This document shows positions 18,615-26,627 of a stretch of 64,000 nucleotides of DNA, one piece after another; positions within the stretch are counted from its first letter, which is position 1; each line of letters begins with the position of its first letter. The stretch is from Candidatus Parcubacteria bacterium (GTDB lineage Bacteria; Patescibacteriota; Minisyncoccia; Minisyncoccales; JAGLUP01): contig JAGLUP010000006.1 in the NCBI GenBank assembly GCA_023134715.1, positions 74,653-138,652 on the forward strand. The letters are read 5' to 3'. Below the pieces are notes generated by a model. The model did not search any database and had not been told where the DNA came from. It worked only from the letters and a program-made list of their open reading frames with translations. Position numbers and translations under genes: made by a program.

Positions 18615-19454
18615 TTATCTTTTTTTCTTTTTACGTGGTTTAATAATAAGCTTATTTGTCCACTTTTTTTTCTTTCTCGTTTTCACCCCATAAGCCGGCT
18701 TGCCCCATGGAGTTTTGGGATGTTTTAATCCAATGCCTGTTCTTCCCTCTCCGCCGCCATGAGGATGATCGCAGGGATTCATCGCGCTTCCACGCACTTT
18801 TGGCCTTCTTCCTTTATAACGGCTTCTTCCGGCTTTTCCCAAATTAATAAATCTATGCTCTGGATTGGAAACCATTCCAATTGAAGCAAAACATTCTTCA
18901 GAAACTTTTCTAATTTCTTTTGACGGCATTTCTATATTGGTATACTTGTCTTCGTGAGCTAAAACTCGAGCAGATGAACCGGCGCTTCTAACTATCTTCC
19001 CACCTCTTCCTCTCTCAAGTTCAACATTGTAAATCATTGTTCCTACTGGAATGTTCTTTAATTTCAACCGATTACCGGGAGACAAAGAACCTTTTTCAGA
19101 AGTCATTACCGTATCTCCTACTTTTAAATTCTGAGGCGCAAGAATATATGCTTTTTGCTTGCTCTCATCTTGATATTGGATAAGAACAATAAAAGCTGTT
19201 CTATAAGGATCGTATTCCAAAGCAATAACCTCTGCCGGAATATCTAATTTACTTTGCCCAAAATCAATAACGCGATAAAGCCGCTTTGCTCCTCCGCCCC
19301 GACGACGAACAGTTATTCTTCCAGACCTTGCCCTGCCTGCTTTTCTCTTAAGAGAAACCAACAGCCCTTTCTCCGGCTTTTTTTTGGTTAAAACAGAATA
19401 ATCTATTCCCTTTGTCCCTCTTTGTCCTGATGTTGTTGGTTTATATAGTTTCAT
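18615..19454 (-). CDS. rplB: 50S ribosomal protein L2
   Basis: GRNN-like core, SAGSSARVL and [14 protein letters not shown]. Confidence 0.93.
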   Translation of the reverse strand: MKLYKPTTSGQRGTKGIDYSVLTKKKPEKGLLVSLKRKAGRARSGRITVRRRGGGAKRLYRVIDFGQSKLDIPAEVIALEYDPYRTAFIVLIQYQDESKQKAYILAPQNLKVGDTVMTSEKGSLSPGNRLKLKNIPVGTMIYNVELERGRGGKIVRSAGSSARVLAHEDKYTNIEMPSKEIRKVSEECFASIGMVSNPEHRFINLGKAGRSRYKGRRPKVRGSAMNPCDHPHGGGEGRTGIGLKHPKTPWGKPAYGVKTRKKKKWTNKLIIKPRKKKKR

Positions 19455-19455
19455 T

Positions 19456-19890
19456 TTAACGCGGCATTACTTCTATTTTTTGACCTTGTTTTATTTTTAT
19501 AATCGCTTTCTTGTATCCCTTTTTCCAGCCAGTTGTCTTTCCTAACCTTCTTTTCTTAGAAGGAATATTTATTATTCTTACTGATAAAACATCAACTCCG
19601 TAAAGGCCTTCAATCGCTTTTTTTATCTCTATCTTATTACTTTTAGGCAAAACCTTAAAAACATACTGATTATTCTTAGTTAAGTCAGTCGCCTTTTCAG
19701 TAATATGAGGAATCTTTAAAACCCTATATGCCTGCCCGCCAGTCGCCTTCAAAGGTTTAACATCTTTTCTTGCCTTTGAAACTATTTTTTTAGGTTTCTC
19801 TATTTTAATCTCTTTCTTGGACTTTTCTGGCTTAGGTTTTTCTGGCTCTTCAGGTTTTTCTTTTTTTTTGAATATATTGAATATTTTCAT
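19456..19890 (-). CDS. rplW: 50S ribosomal protein L23 with ~55-aa K/E/P-rich N-terminal extension
   Basis: L23 core YRVLKIPHITEKA...YVFKV...KKAIIKI. ATG at 19888-19890; the track offers a TTG at 19905. Confidence 0.88.
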   Translation of the reverse strand: MKIFNIFKKKEKPEEPEKPKPEKSKKEIKIEKPKKIVSKARKDVKPLKATGGQAYRVLKIPHITEKATDLTKNNQYVFKVLPKSNKIEIKKAIEGLYGVDVLSVRIINIPSKKRRLGKTTGWKKGYKKAIIKIKQGQKIEVMPR

Positions 19891-19965
19891 AATTTCAAAA
19901 TCCAAATTATTCCAAATTATTCCAAATAAAACTCAAAATCCAAAATCCAAAATAATTTTTGACAT

Positions 19966-20637
19966 TTAGTCATTTGGATTTGATTTGACATTTGGGCTTT
20001 GGGTTTTGGGTTTAATAAAAGTTTCTTTTATTGCATCTATCGCCTCTTTCGGTATCATTAAATATTTATAATTCAGTAAATCCAAACAGTTTAAATCTTT
20101 TGCCTGAATTGTTGCTGTTTTGGGAATATTTCTCGCGCCCAAAATTGCGTTTTTATCTATTTTTGCTAAAGCAATTAAACAAGTTTTTGCCTTACAGGGA
20201 AAATTATTTAAAATATTAAACATAACTTTGGTTTTGGCTTTTTCCGGCTTCAACTCATTCAAAACAATCAACTCTTTATCTCTTGCTTTCTGGCTTAAAA
20301 CTATAAACAACGCCTTTGTTTTCATTTTTTTAGGAATTCTCTTCTTGAAATTTCTCTCATTGGTCGGACCAAATGTAATTCCGCCTCCTCGCCAAATTGG
20401 AGAACGAGTTGAACCTGCTCTTGCTCTTCCGGTTCCTTTCTGCCGCCATGGCTTTCTGCCGCCGCCTCGCACCGCTCCCCTGTCTTTGGTATGCGCGATA
20501 ACTTTCCTGCGATTTGACATTTGAGAAACAGCTACTTGGTGAACTAAATCTGGGTTCATTTTCACATCAAAAATATCTGCCGGTAATTCAGTTTTTCCTG
20601 CTTCTTCCCCTTTTTGATTATAAACTGCAACTTTCAT
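19966..20637 (-). CDS. rplD: 50S ribosomal protein L4
   Basis: RGGGRKPWRQKGTGRARAGSTRSPIWRGGGITFGP. Confidence 0.93.
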   Translation of the reverse strand: MKVAVYNQKGEEAGKTELPADIFDVKMNPDLVHQVAVSQMSNRRKVIAHTKDRGAVRGGGRKPWRQKGTGRARAGSTRSPIWRGGGITFGPTNERNFKKRIPKKMKTKALFIVLSQKARDKELIVLNELKPEKAKTKVMFNILNNFPCKAKTCLIALAKIDKNAILGARNIPKTATIQAKDLNCLDLLNYKYLMIPKEAIDAIKETFIKPKTQSPNVKSNPND

Positions 20638-20737
20638 ATAATTATAAATTATAAAAATTGACTCTTTTCAGAGCCAAAATTACCTTAACGGATTTCACTC
20701 TGCGCAATCAATTTAATATAACCATTGATATATTTTT

Positions 20738-20765
20738 ATATTACCCTTTTCCAAAAAAAAGTCAA
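20738..20765 (-). promoter_or_regulatory. sigma70-type promoter newly serving rplD
   Basis: Minus strand reads GGGGTTGACT (20760-20765), 16 nt, then TAATAT (20738-20743). The GGGGTTGACTTTTTTT context matches the tuf promoter. Confidence 0.6.
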
Positions 20766-20826
20766 CCCCGTAGTGAGATGTTTAATCCCATGATGTTTAA
20801 TCCCGTGGATTAAACACTAACAAACA

Positions 20827-20855
20827 TTGACTTTTAGACCATAATTTGGTATAAT
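20827..20855 (+). promoter_or_regulatory. cassette 1 promoter (extended -10)
   Basis: TTGACT (20827-20832), a 17-nt spacer ending in TGG, then TATAAT (20850-20855). Confidence 0.75.
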
Positions 20856-20921
20856 ATAATTGTTTCAAATAAATAAATGAAACAATATTAAAAAACAAAT
20901 ATACAAAAAGGGTGATAAAAA

Positions 20922-21086
20922 ATGAAGATAAAAGTAATGTATGTAATTGGTGGAGTACTTTTGGGCTTCGGACTTACTAGGTTTGGCATATATATAGCTA
21001 GAGTCACTAATTCTTCAAAGATGATTGGAGCTGTATTCGGACTATTAACCGCAATAGGAATTATAATTATCTTGGAGTTGCTCTAA
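20922..21086 (+). CDS. 54-aa hydrophobic two-helix peptide (cassette 1)
   Basis: Not in the track (<60 aa). GGGTGA RBS lies 6 nt before the ATG. Sequence MKIKVMYVIGGVLLGFGLTRFGIYIARVTNSSKMIGAVFGLLTAIGIIIILELL. It is flanked by a strong promoter and a conserved terminator module. Confidence 0.6.
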   Translation: MKIKVMYVIGGVLLGFGLTRFGIYIARVTNSSKMIGAVFGLLTAIGIIIILELL

Positions 21087-21092
21087 AATCTT

Positions 21093-21159
21093 TTCGGGCG
21101 GACTATAAAAAAATAAAAGGTATTCAACTTAAGAAAAAGTTGCTCTGCCGATTTTTTTT
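21093..21159 (+). terminator. conserved cassette 3' module, copy 1
   Basis: TTCGGGCGGAC...CAACTT-AAGAAAA-AGTTG-CTCTGCCGA followed by T8. The outer stem is UCGG(G)CGG/CUGCCGA. Confidence 0.6.
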
Positions 21160-21175
21160 ATGTTATAATCTCTAT

Positions 21176-21275
21176 TGTGGTGGGGATGGCGCAGTGCTAT
21201 ACTTATATCAGTTAATAATCCTGGTTCTTGCATTACGTTAAGACCAGCAAAAGCTCTGCGAAAGCAGGGTTTTTT
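21176..21275 (+). ncRNA. candidate ~100-nt small RNA downstream of cassette 1
   Basis: Putative promoter TTGCTC (21140-21145), 18 nt, TATAAT (21164-21169). Internal hairpin CTGGTT...GACCAG. Clean terminator CTCTGC-GAAA-GCAGGG + T6 (21254-21275). No ORF. Confidence 0.35.
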
Positions 21276-21346
21276 GTTCGCCTAAAATTTGTAAAAAATT
21301 GTAAGGAGCTTTGTAAGGAGCTAAACTCCTTACAATTCTACAAACA

Positions 21347-21375
21347 TTGACTTTTAGGCCATAATTTGATATAAT
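21347..21375 (+). promoter_or_regulatory. cassette 2 promoter (extended -10)
   Basis: TTGACT (21347-21352), a 17-nt spacer ending in TGA, then TATAAT (21370-21375). Confidence 0.75.
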
Positions 21376-21435
21376 ATAATTGTTTCAAGTCAAAAGAAAC
21401 AAATTTAAAAAAATAAATATACCGAGGTGATGAAA

Positions 21436-21741
21436 ATGACATGGAAACTAATTCGAAGAAAGGGCACACCTGTCTATATGGTATTGGATGAAAGGGAAGA
21501 AGAAGAATTAAAAAAAGAATGCGATCTAACCGACGCAGATATTGACATTTTAGGAGAATTCAGAACAAAAGAAGATGGTCTAGATGTAAAGGATAAAATT
21601 TTTACAGTGACTACTATAAATTCTTATACGGGCAAAAAAGAAGAAACATGGAGTCGCGAAGCTGGTGAAAACTTTGCTGATAGGTTAGATTTTGACGAAA
21701 ATTTAGCAAAGACTATGCAAGAAATGCATTCTTTGTCTTAA
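21436..21741 (+). CDS. 101-aa acidic soluble protein (cassette 2), hypothetical
   Basis: GAGGTGA RBS, then ATG at 21436 (the track starts at GTG 21427). Sequence MTWKLIRRKGTPVYMVLDEREEEELKKECDLTDADIDILGEF... No family recognised. Confidence 0.6.
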   Translation: MTWKLIRRKGTPVYMVLDEREEEELKKECDLTDADIDILGEFRTKEDGLDVKDKIFTVTTINSYTGKKEETWSREAGENFADRLDFDENLAKTMQEMHSLS

Positions 21742-21746
21742 AGTCT

Positions 21747-21812
21747 TTCGGGCGGACTATAAAAAAACAAACGGTATTCAACTTAAAAAAAGTTGCTCTG
21801 CCGATTTTTTTT
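21747..21812 (+). terminator. conserved cassette 3' module, copy 2
   Basis: Identical to copy 3 over about 75 nt. Confidence 0.6.
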
Positions 21813-21837
21813 ATCTAATTTTCCCTGCCTGTAACTT

Positions 21838-21882
21838 AAGGAGCTTAGCTACAGGAGCTTAGCTACAGGAGCTTAGCTCCTT
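21838..21882. repeat. GGAGCTTAGCT tandem/palindrome block upstream of cassette 3 promoter
   Basis: AAGGAGCTTAGCTACAGGAGCTTAGCTACAGGAGCTTAGCTCCTT, i.e. 14-bp unit x2.5 ending in a palindrome. Same word family as 5154-5195. Confidence 0.85.
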
Positions 21883-21898
21883 GAAATTCTACAAAACA

Positions 21899-21927
21899 TT
21901 GACTTTCACGCCATAATTTGGTATAAT
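21899..21927 (+). promoter_or_regulatory. cassette 3 promoter (extended -10)
   Basis: TTGACT (21899-21904), a 17-nt spacer ending in TGG, then TATAAT (21922-21927). Confidence 0.75.
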
Positions 21928-21993
21928 GTAATTGTTTCAAATAAATAAATGAAACAATATTAAAAAACAAATATACAAAAAGGGTGATAAAAA

Positions 21994-22146
21994 ATGAAGA
22001 TTTTAAAAGGAATAGGACATGTTTTGCTTGGTTTTGGAATAGTAACATTGACTACCGTGATAATAATACCAGGCACCCACATAGTGGAATCTTTCATAGG
22101 TGGGATGTTAATAGGCGTTGGTGGAATGTTTTGTGGAACTGAGTAA
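21994..22146 (+). CDS. 50-aa hydrophobic two-helix peptide (cassette 3)
   Basis: Not in the track. The leader differs from cassette 1 at one base. Sequence MKILKGIGHVLLGFGIVTLTTVIIIPGTHIVESFIGGMLIGVGGMFCGTE. Confidence 0.6.
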   Translation: MKILKGIGHVLLGFGIVTLTTVIIIPGTHIVESFIGGMLIGVGGMFCGTE

Positions 22147-22167
22147 ACTCTCTCAAAAATCAGTCCT

Positions 22168-22233
22168 TTCGGGCGGACTATAAAAAAACAAACGGTATTC
22201 AACTTAAAAAAAGTTGCTCTGCCGATTTTTTTT
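22168..22233 (+). terminator. conserved cassette 3' module, copy 3
   Basis: TTTCGGGCGGACTATAAAAAAACAAACGGTATTCAACTTAAAAAAAGTTGCTCTGCCGA + T8. Confidence 0.6.
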
Positions 22234-22285
22234 ATCTAATTTTTCAACTTTTTATTTTTTCCACTCAATTTTAACTTTTCAAAAC

Positions 22286-22321
22286 ATAACACATATACCA
22301 CGATCGTTGTATATGTGTTAT
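22286..22321. repeat. 36-bp CGATCG-centred palindrome, copy P2
   Basis: ATAACACATATACCACGATCGTTGTATATGTGTTAT. Confidence 0.9.
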
Positions 22322-22370
22322 ACTTTCCAACAAGCTATTTGAGAATAAAAGCCCATACAACATATAATAA

Positions 22371-22406
22371 AATAACAAATCAGGCCGATCGGCCTGATTT
22401 GTTATT
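22371..22406. terminator. 36-bp perfect palindrome, likely bidirectional terminator between rplC and the cassette array
   Basis: AATAACAAATCAGGCCGA|TCGGCCTGATTTGTTATT is exactly self-complementary. It has a CGATCG centre and U-rich flanks on both strands. Confidence 0.65.
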
Positions 22407-22468
22407 TATTCGCCACTTATTAATTATCAATTATCATTTATTAATTATTAATAATCAATAATTATTTA

Positions 22469-23065
22469 TCATTTGCTGATCGTTATTTCTAAAAATGTTC
22501 CGCGGCGGCCGGGAATTGCGCCACGAACAGCAAGTAAATTATTTTCTTTGTCAATTTTTACTATTTTTAAATTCTTTACTGTGATTCTTTCTACCCCCAT
22601 CCGTCCAGGCATCTTCTTTCCTTTAATTACTCTTTGGGGGAAAGCGCTTCCAACTGAACCAAGCGTTCTTTGTTCGTGCTTTACTCCATGAGTAGCGTTT
22701 CTTCCGGAAAATCCCCATCTTTTTACAGCGCCCTGGAATCCTTTTCCTTTAGAAATTCCAGAAATTTTAACCTTGCTACCCTCTTCAAAAACTGAAACAT
22801 CAATCTTGTCCCCTATTTTATGCTCACCACTGCTTTCAAATTCTCTTAAATATTGAAATTCTTTTCCTTTTTCTGTTTTTTTTATTCTTTTCTGTTTTTC
22901 TTTTTTAATAAACCCAACTTGAACTGCTTCATATCCATCTTTGTCTTTTGTTTTAAGCTGAACAACCTCGCAAGGACCTGCCTCAATTAAAGTAACAGGG
23001 ACTACTCGTCCCTGTTCGTTAAAAATCTGCGTCATTTCTATTTTCTTACCCAATATAAACTTCAT
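22469..23065 (-). CDS. rplC: 50S ribosomal protein L3
   Basis: GKKIEMTQIFNEQGRVVPVTLIE and GKGFQGAVKRWGF. Confidence 0.93.
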   Translation of the reverse strand: MKFILGKKIEMTQIFNEQGRVVPVTLIEAGPCEVVQLKTKDKDGYEAVQVGFIKKEKQKRIKKTEKGKEFQYLREFESSGEHKIGDKIDVSVFEEGSKVKISGISKGKGFQGAVKRWGFSGRNATHGVKHEQRTLGSVGSAFPQRVIKGKKMPGRMGVERITVKNLKIVKIDKENNLLAVRGAIPGRRGTFLEITISK

Positions 23066-23067
23066 AT

Positions 23068-23409
23068 TTACATCTTTATCTCAATATCAACTCCTGCCGG
23101 CAAATTTAAATTCGTTAAAGCGTCAATCACTCTTGGATTAGGAGTTAAAATATCAATCAATCGTTTATGGGTTCTCATTTCAAATTGCTCTCTTGAATCT
23201 TTATGAACAAAAGTAGACCTATTAACTGTGTATTTGTTAATTTCTGTAGGCAAAGGAATCGGACCCAAAACTTCTACTCCAAAACGAAGCGCTGTCTCAA
23301 CAATCTGTCGGGCGCTGTTGTCTATAACCCTATGGTCATAACCCCGAAGTTTTATTCGAAGCTTGGGTTTTACTTCTTCTTTGACTTCCTTTTCTTTAAC
23401 TTTCGGCAT
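23068..23409 (-). CDS. rpsJ: 30S ribosomal protein S10
   Basis: [14 protein letters not shown]...GPIPLPT...[12 protein letters not shown]. Confidence 0.93.
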   Translation of the reverse strand: MPKVKEKEVKEEVKPKLRIKLRGYDHRVIDNSARQIVETALRFGVEVLGPIPLPTEINKYTVNRSTFVHKDSREQFEMRTHKRLIDILTPNPRVIDALTNLNLPAGVDIEIKM

Positions 23410-23443
23410 TTTAGTTAAAAGAACAATTAATTATTCTATTTCT

Positions 23444-24637
23444 TTATTTGATTATCTTTGTTACTACTCCTGCTCCAACGGTCTTACCTCCTTCGCGAAT
23501 AGCAAACTTCTGTTTTTCTTCTAACGCAATCGGAGAAATAAGCTTAACTTTTAAATTGACAGTATCTCCGGGCATAACCATTTCAGTACCTTCTGGAAGA
23601 GTTACGTCTCCGGTAACATCAGTAGTTCTAATATAAAGTTGTGGTTTATAGCCGGTAAAAAATGGAGTGTGGCGACCACCTTCTTCCTTGCTTAAAATAT
23701 AAACCTCGCCTTCAAATTCAGTATGAGGAGTAATTGAACCGGGCTTAGCTAAAACCTGACCCCTTTCTATTTCTTCTTTTTTAATTCCTCTAAGCAAAAT
23801 TCCAACATTATCTCCAGCCCTTCCCTGGTCAAGAGATTTGTTAAACATTTCAACGCTTACAGCGGTTGTTTTTACTGTTGGTTTTAGCCCTACTATTTCT
23901 ATTTCTTCTCCTGAGTTGACTATTCCTCTTTCAATCCTTCCGGTAGGCACTGTTCCCCTTCCTTCAATTGAAAAAACATCTTCAATTGCCATTAAAAACG
24001 GCTTTTCAACATCTCTAACCGGTTCTGGAATATGTTCATCCACGGCATTCATTAAGTCCAAAATTGGTTTAGCGGCTTCGTCATCAGCAGAGCTTGCTTC
24101 TAACGCTTTAAGGGCTGAACCGCGAATAATTGGAATTTCATCTCCGGGATAATCATATTTTTTCAAAAGCTCTCTAAGTTCTGATTCAACTAAATCAATA
24201 ATTTCCGGATCATCTACAGTGTCGCATTTATTTAAAAATACAACGAGCGCAGGCAATCCTACCTGACGGGCAAGTAAAATATGCTCTCTTGTTTGAGGCA
24301 TCGCTCCGTCTGCGGCAGAAACAACTAAAATTCCGCCATCCATCTGGGCCGCGCCAGTAATCATATTTTTAATATAATCAGCATGACCAGGACAATCAAT
24401 GTGAGCATAGTGCCTTTTTTCTGTTTCATACTCAACATGACAGACATTAATAGTCATACCACGCGCTTTTTCCTCTGGAGCTGAATCTATCTGGTCAACA
24501 GCTTTTTTAGAAGCGCTATAACCTTTTAAATCCAGAACCTTAAGAATAGCCGCTGTAAGAGTGGTCTTGCCATGGTCAACATGACCAATGGTGCCGATAT
24601 TAACATGCGGTTTTGTTCTCTCAAATTTCTCTGCCAT
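23444..24637 (-). CDS. tuf: elongation factor Tu
   Basis: [18 protein letters not shown] and NKCD motifs; 397 aa. Confidence 0.97.
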   Translation of the reverse strand: MAEKFERTKPHVNIGTIGHVDHGKTTLTAAILKVLDLKGYSASKKAVDQIDSAPEEKARGMTINVCHVEYETEKRHYAHIDCPGHADYIKNMITGAAQMDGGILVVSAADGAMPQTREHILLARQVGLPALVVFLNKCDTVDDPEIIDLVESELRELLKKYDYPGDEIPIIRGSALKALEASSADDEAAKPILDLMNAVDEHIPEPVRDVEKPFLMAIEDVFSIEGRGTVPTGRIERGIVNSGEEIEIVGLKPTVKTTAVSVEMFNKSLDQGRAGDNVGILLRGIKKEEIERGQVLAKPGSITPHTEFEGEVYILSKEEGGRHTPFFTGYKPQLYIRTTDVTGDVTLPEGTEMVMPGDTVNLKVKLISPIALEEKQKFAIREGGKTVGAGVVTKIIK

Positions 24638-24742
24638 AAATTTTGTATCTTGTATCTTGTATCAAGTATCTTGTATAATTTTTACTATGGCTATATACAA
24701 AATACTAAATACTAAATACTAAATTATATTATATTACTTATT

Positions 24743-24771
24743 ATAATACTAAAAACTTTAAAAAAAGTCAA
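24743..24771 (-). promoter_or_regulatory. sigma70-type promoter for tuf-rpsJ-rplC
   Basis: Minus strand reads GGGGTTGACT (24766-24771), 17 nt, then TATTAT (24743-24748). The ~100-nt leader is made of heptamer repeats. Confidence 0.6.
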
Positions 24772-24783
24772 CCCCAAACAATC

Positions 24784-25068
24784 CTAAAACGGTAAATCTT
24801 CAATTGTTACCCCTTGCTGAAGCTCTTTTGGCACATCGTCTTGCTTAGAATTTTTTTCTTCTACTTCTGTTTCTGTTCCCTTATTTAACTCCTCTATTAT
24901 TTTTTTCTTTTCTAAAACATCCTGCTTAATAGGATTTAAGCCCCTCTTTTCTAAAATTCTCTTGTACTCATTAAAATTCATTAAAACCAAAACTGGCTTT
25001 TCGTCTTCAATGATTATAAACTTGCCTCCATCTGCCTCTATTAAATTTTTTATTTCATTTAGATTCAT
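24784..25068 (-). CDS. Phd/YefM-like antitoxin-domain protein (orphan)
   Basis: The N-terminal GKFIIIEDEKPVLVLMNFNEYKRILE resembles the Phd/YefM fold signature. The tail is acidic. Confidence 0.4.
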   Translation of the reverse strand: MNLNEIKNLIEADGGKFIIIEDEKPVLVLMNFNEYKRILEKRGLNPIKQDVLEKKKIIEELNKGTETEVEEKNSKQDDVPKELQQGVTIEDLPF

Positions 25069-25071
25069 ATT

Positions 25072-25284
25072 TTAAGCGTTAACAAGCTTTCTCAAAGGAA
25101 AAAACCTCTGAATTTTTGCAAATTCATTTATATTTATTTTCATTATTTCAATATTAACAATCTCTCTATTTTTATCATAGTCAACTACTATGTTTTCTTT
25201 TATTTCAGAATCAACACTTTTCTTTTTACTTATTCTAATAGAAAGGATATTTGAATTTTTATCGTATTTTATTTGTGGTTTCAT
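25072..25284 (-). CDS. DUF2283-family small protein
   Basis: IKYDKNSNILSIRISKKK...VVDYDKNREIVNIEIM pattern. Confidence 0.6.
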   Translation of the reverse strand: MKPQIKYDKNSNILSIRISKKKSVDSEIKENIVVDYDKNREIVNIEIMKININEFAKIQRFFPLRKLVNA

Positions 25285-25286
25285 AA

Positions 25287-25553
25287 TTAAAAATATTTAC
25301 TAATTTTAGATGTATCAATAATGGTAATAACATTTATTGAATCTTGCTTTACTTCAAAAATTATTAAAAGTAAATGGTCTTTTTTTAATTTTTCATTAAA
25401 GTAAAGTTTTTTAGCAAGAACTCGCGAAAAATCAACTGATGACTTTTCAATTTTGTCTGCAAACCTGATAGCTTTTTTAACTAATTCTGCAGATATTTCT
25501 CTTTCCGCCATTCTTTCTAAAGCATGTGAAGAAAATTTTATCTCTAAATCCAT
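25287..25553 (-). CDS. DUF4258-family toxin-like protein
   Basis: MDLEIKFSSHALERMAEREIS N-terminus. Adjacent to a DUF2283 gene, which is a common pairing. ATG at 25551-25553. Confidence 0.55.
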   Translation of the reverse strand: MDLEIKFSSHALERMAEREISAELVKKAIRFADKIEKSSVDFSRVLAKKLYFNEKLKKDHLLLIIFEVKQDSINVITIIDTSKISKYF

Positions 25554-25640
25554 TATTTTCAATATAACAAACTTCTTCCCAAAAATCAAATTCTCTATTC
25601 CTCCAAAAACCGAAAAGTAAAAAATATTTGGTTGACAATT

Positions 25641-26336
25641 TTATCCTTTCGGTTGACCTACACGACCCTTCAAGATAATTATTTCTTCAAGAATTTTATC
25701 TATTAAACCAGAGTCCACTTTAGTAAAATAAACATTCACTGTATGTCTTGATGAGTACACTCCTTGCTCCACTCCTTGAAAAAAAACAGCTTCATGGCTA
25801 ATAAACTCTTCTCCTGTTCCTCCAAGAACAACCGGACGGTCTAAAATAGTTCTTGTTATAAAATAACCTTGTTTTTGATTTTTGCTTAAAATCGGTTCTA
25901 TCGAAGAATCCAAAATATTTATCTCAAATCCAGGATTAGAGGCATGTATTTCCATGTCTTCTTTAAATGATTGCTGAGTTCCTCTACCTGCTCTACTTTC
26001 TATTTTTATATTTGGTCCTTTATAATACCATTCTACATCAGGATTGAGGGCAAAGGCATCAGAAAAATATGCATCTGCAGTGTCCAGTTGAACTTTTTCC
26101 CAATTCTCTGGATATTTTATTTCATATCCAAATTCTTCATTTGTATAAACTTTCCAATCTGCGGTTTCGTCTTTGGTGATTAGTGGCGATGTTTCAACTT
26201 CTTTCTCTGTTATTTGAAAATGCTGATACGCTAAAATTGCGCCCCCTGCGATAACTGAAACTAAAAAAACAATCAGAAGCGCTACTGGAGTAGCAATTCC
26301 TTTATTTAAAATTGATTGAAATTGATTTTTGTTCAT
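25641..26336 (-). CDS. hypothetical membrane-anchored exported protein
   Basis: N-terminal TM (VALLIVFLVSVIAGGAILAY) then a soluble domain. No family recognised. Confidence 0.5.
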   Translation of the reverse strand: MNKNQFQSILNKGIATPVALLIVFLVSVIAGGAILAYQHFQITEKEVETSPLITKDETADWKVYTNEEFGYEIKYPENWEKVQLDTADAYFSDAFALNPDVEWYYKGPNIKIESRAGRGTQQSFKEDMEIHASNPGFEINILDSSIEPILSKNQKQGYFITRTILDRPVVLGGTGEEFISHEAVFFQGVEQGVYSSRHTVNVYFTKVDSGLIDKILEEIIILKGRVGQPKG

Positions 26337-26354
26337 ATTTTTTGATTTTAGTTT

Positions 26355-26627
26355 TTATTTATAAATCTCATGGGTGCCGATATTTAAAAATAAAACTTCA
26401 TCGCTACTGATGAAAATAAATTTTACACGATAAGAATCATTTATCCAAAACGCCCAAGAATGTTGCTGCCCTCCTTTAAGTTTATGAGTTTTAAGTTGAA
26501 AATTAAAACAATTTTCTTTAAAAATCTTTTCTTTTTGTTCGGTTTGTTCAACTACCCTTTTGGGCAACTTCTTTAAGGATTTAATAAACTTTTTTGAATA
26601 TTCAATGTTTTTTATTCTTCCTGTCAT
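26355..26627 (-). CDS. RelE/ParE-superfamily toxin
   Basis: KKFIKSLKKLPKRV...KLKGGQQHSWAFWINDSYRVKFIFISSDEVLFLNIGTHEIY pattern. Confidence 0.65.
   Translation of the reverse strand: MTGRIKNIEYSKKFIKSLKKLPKRVVEQTEQKEKIFKENCFNFQLKTHKLKGGQQHSWAFWINDSYRVKFIFISSDEVLFLNIGTHEIYK

Noticed and set aside
21960-22202. 80-aa minus-strand ORF antisense to cassette 3
   Set aside because: It has no promoter or RBS on that strand, whereas the plus strand has a consensus promoter, RBS and terminator for the 50-aa peptide.
20638-22468. Integron-like cassette array (hairpins as attC sites)
   Set aside because: No integrase was found in the window. Every cassette has its own strong promoter and terminator, and the hairpins lie upstream of the promoters rather than at ORF 3' ends. 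It is kept only as a remote analogy.
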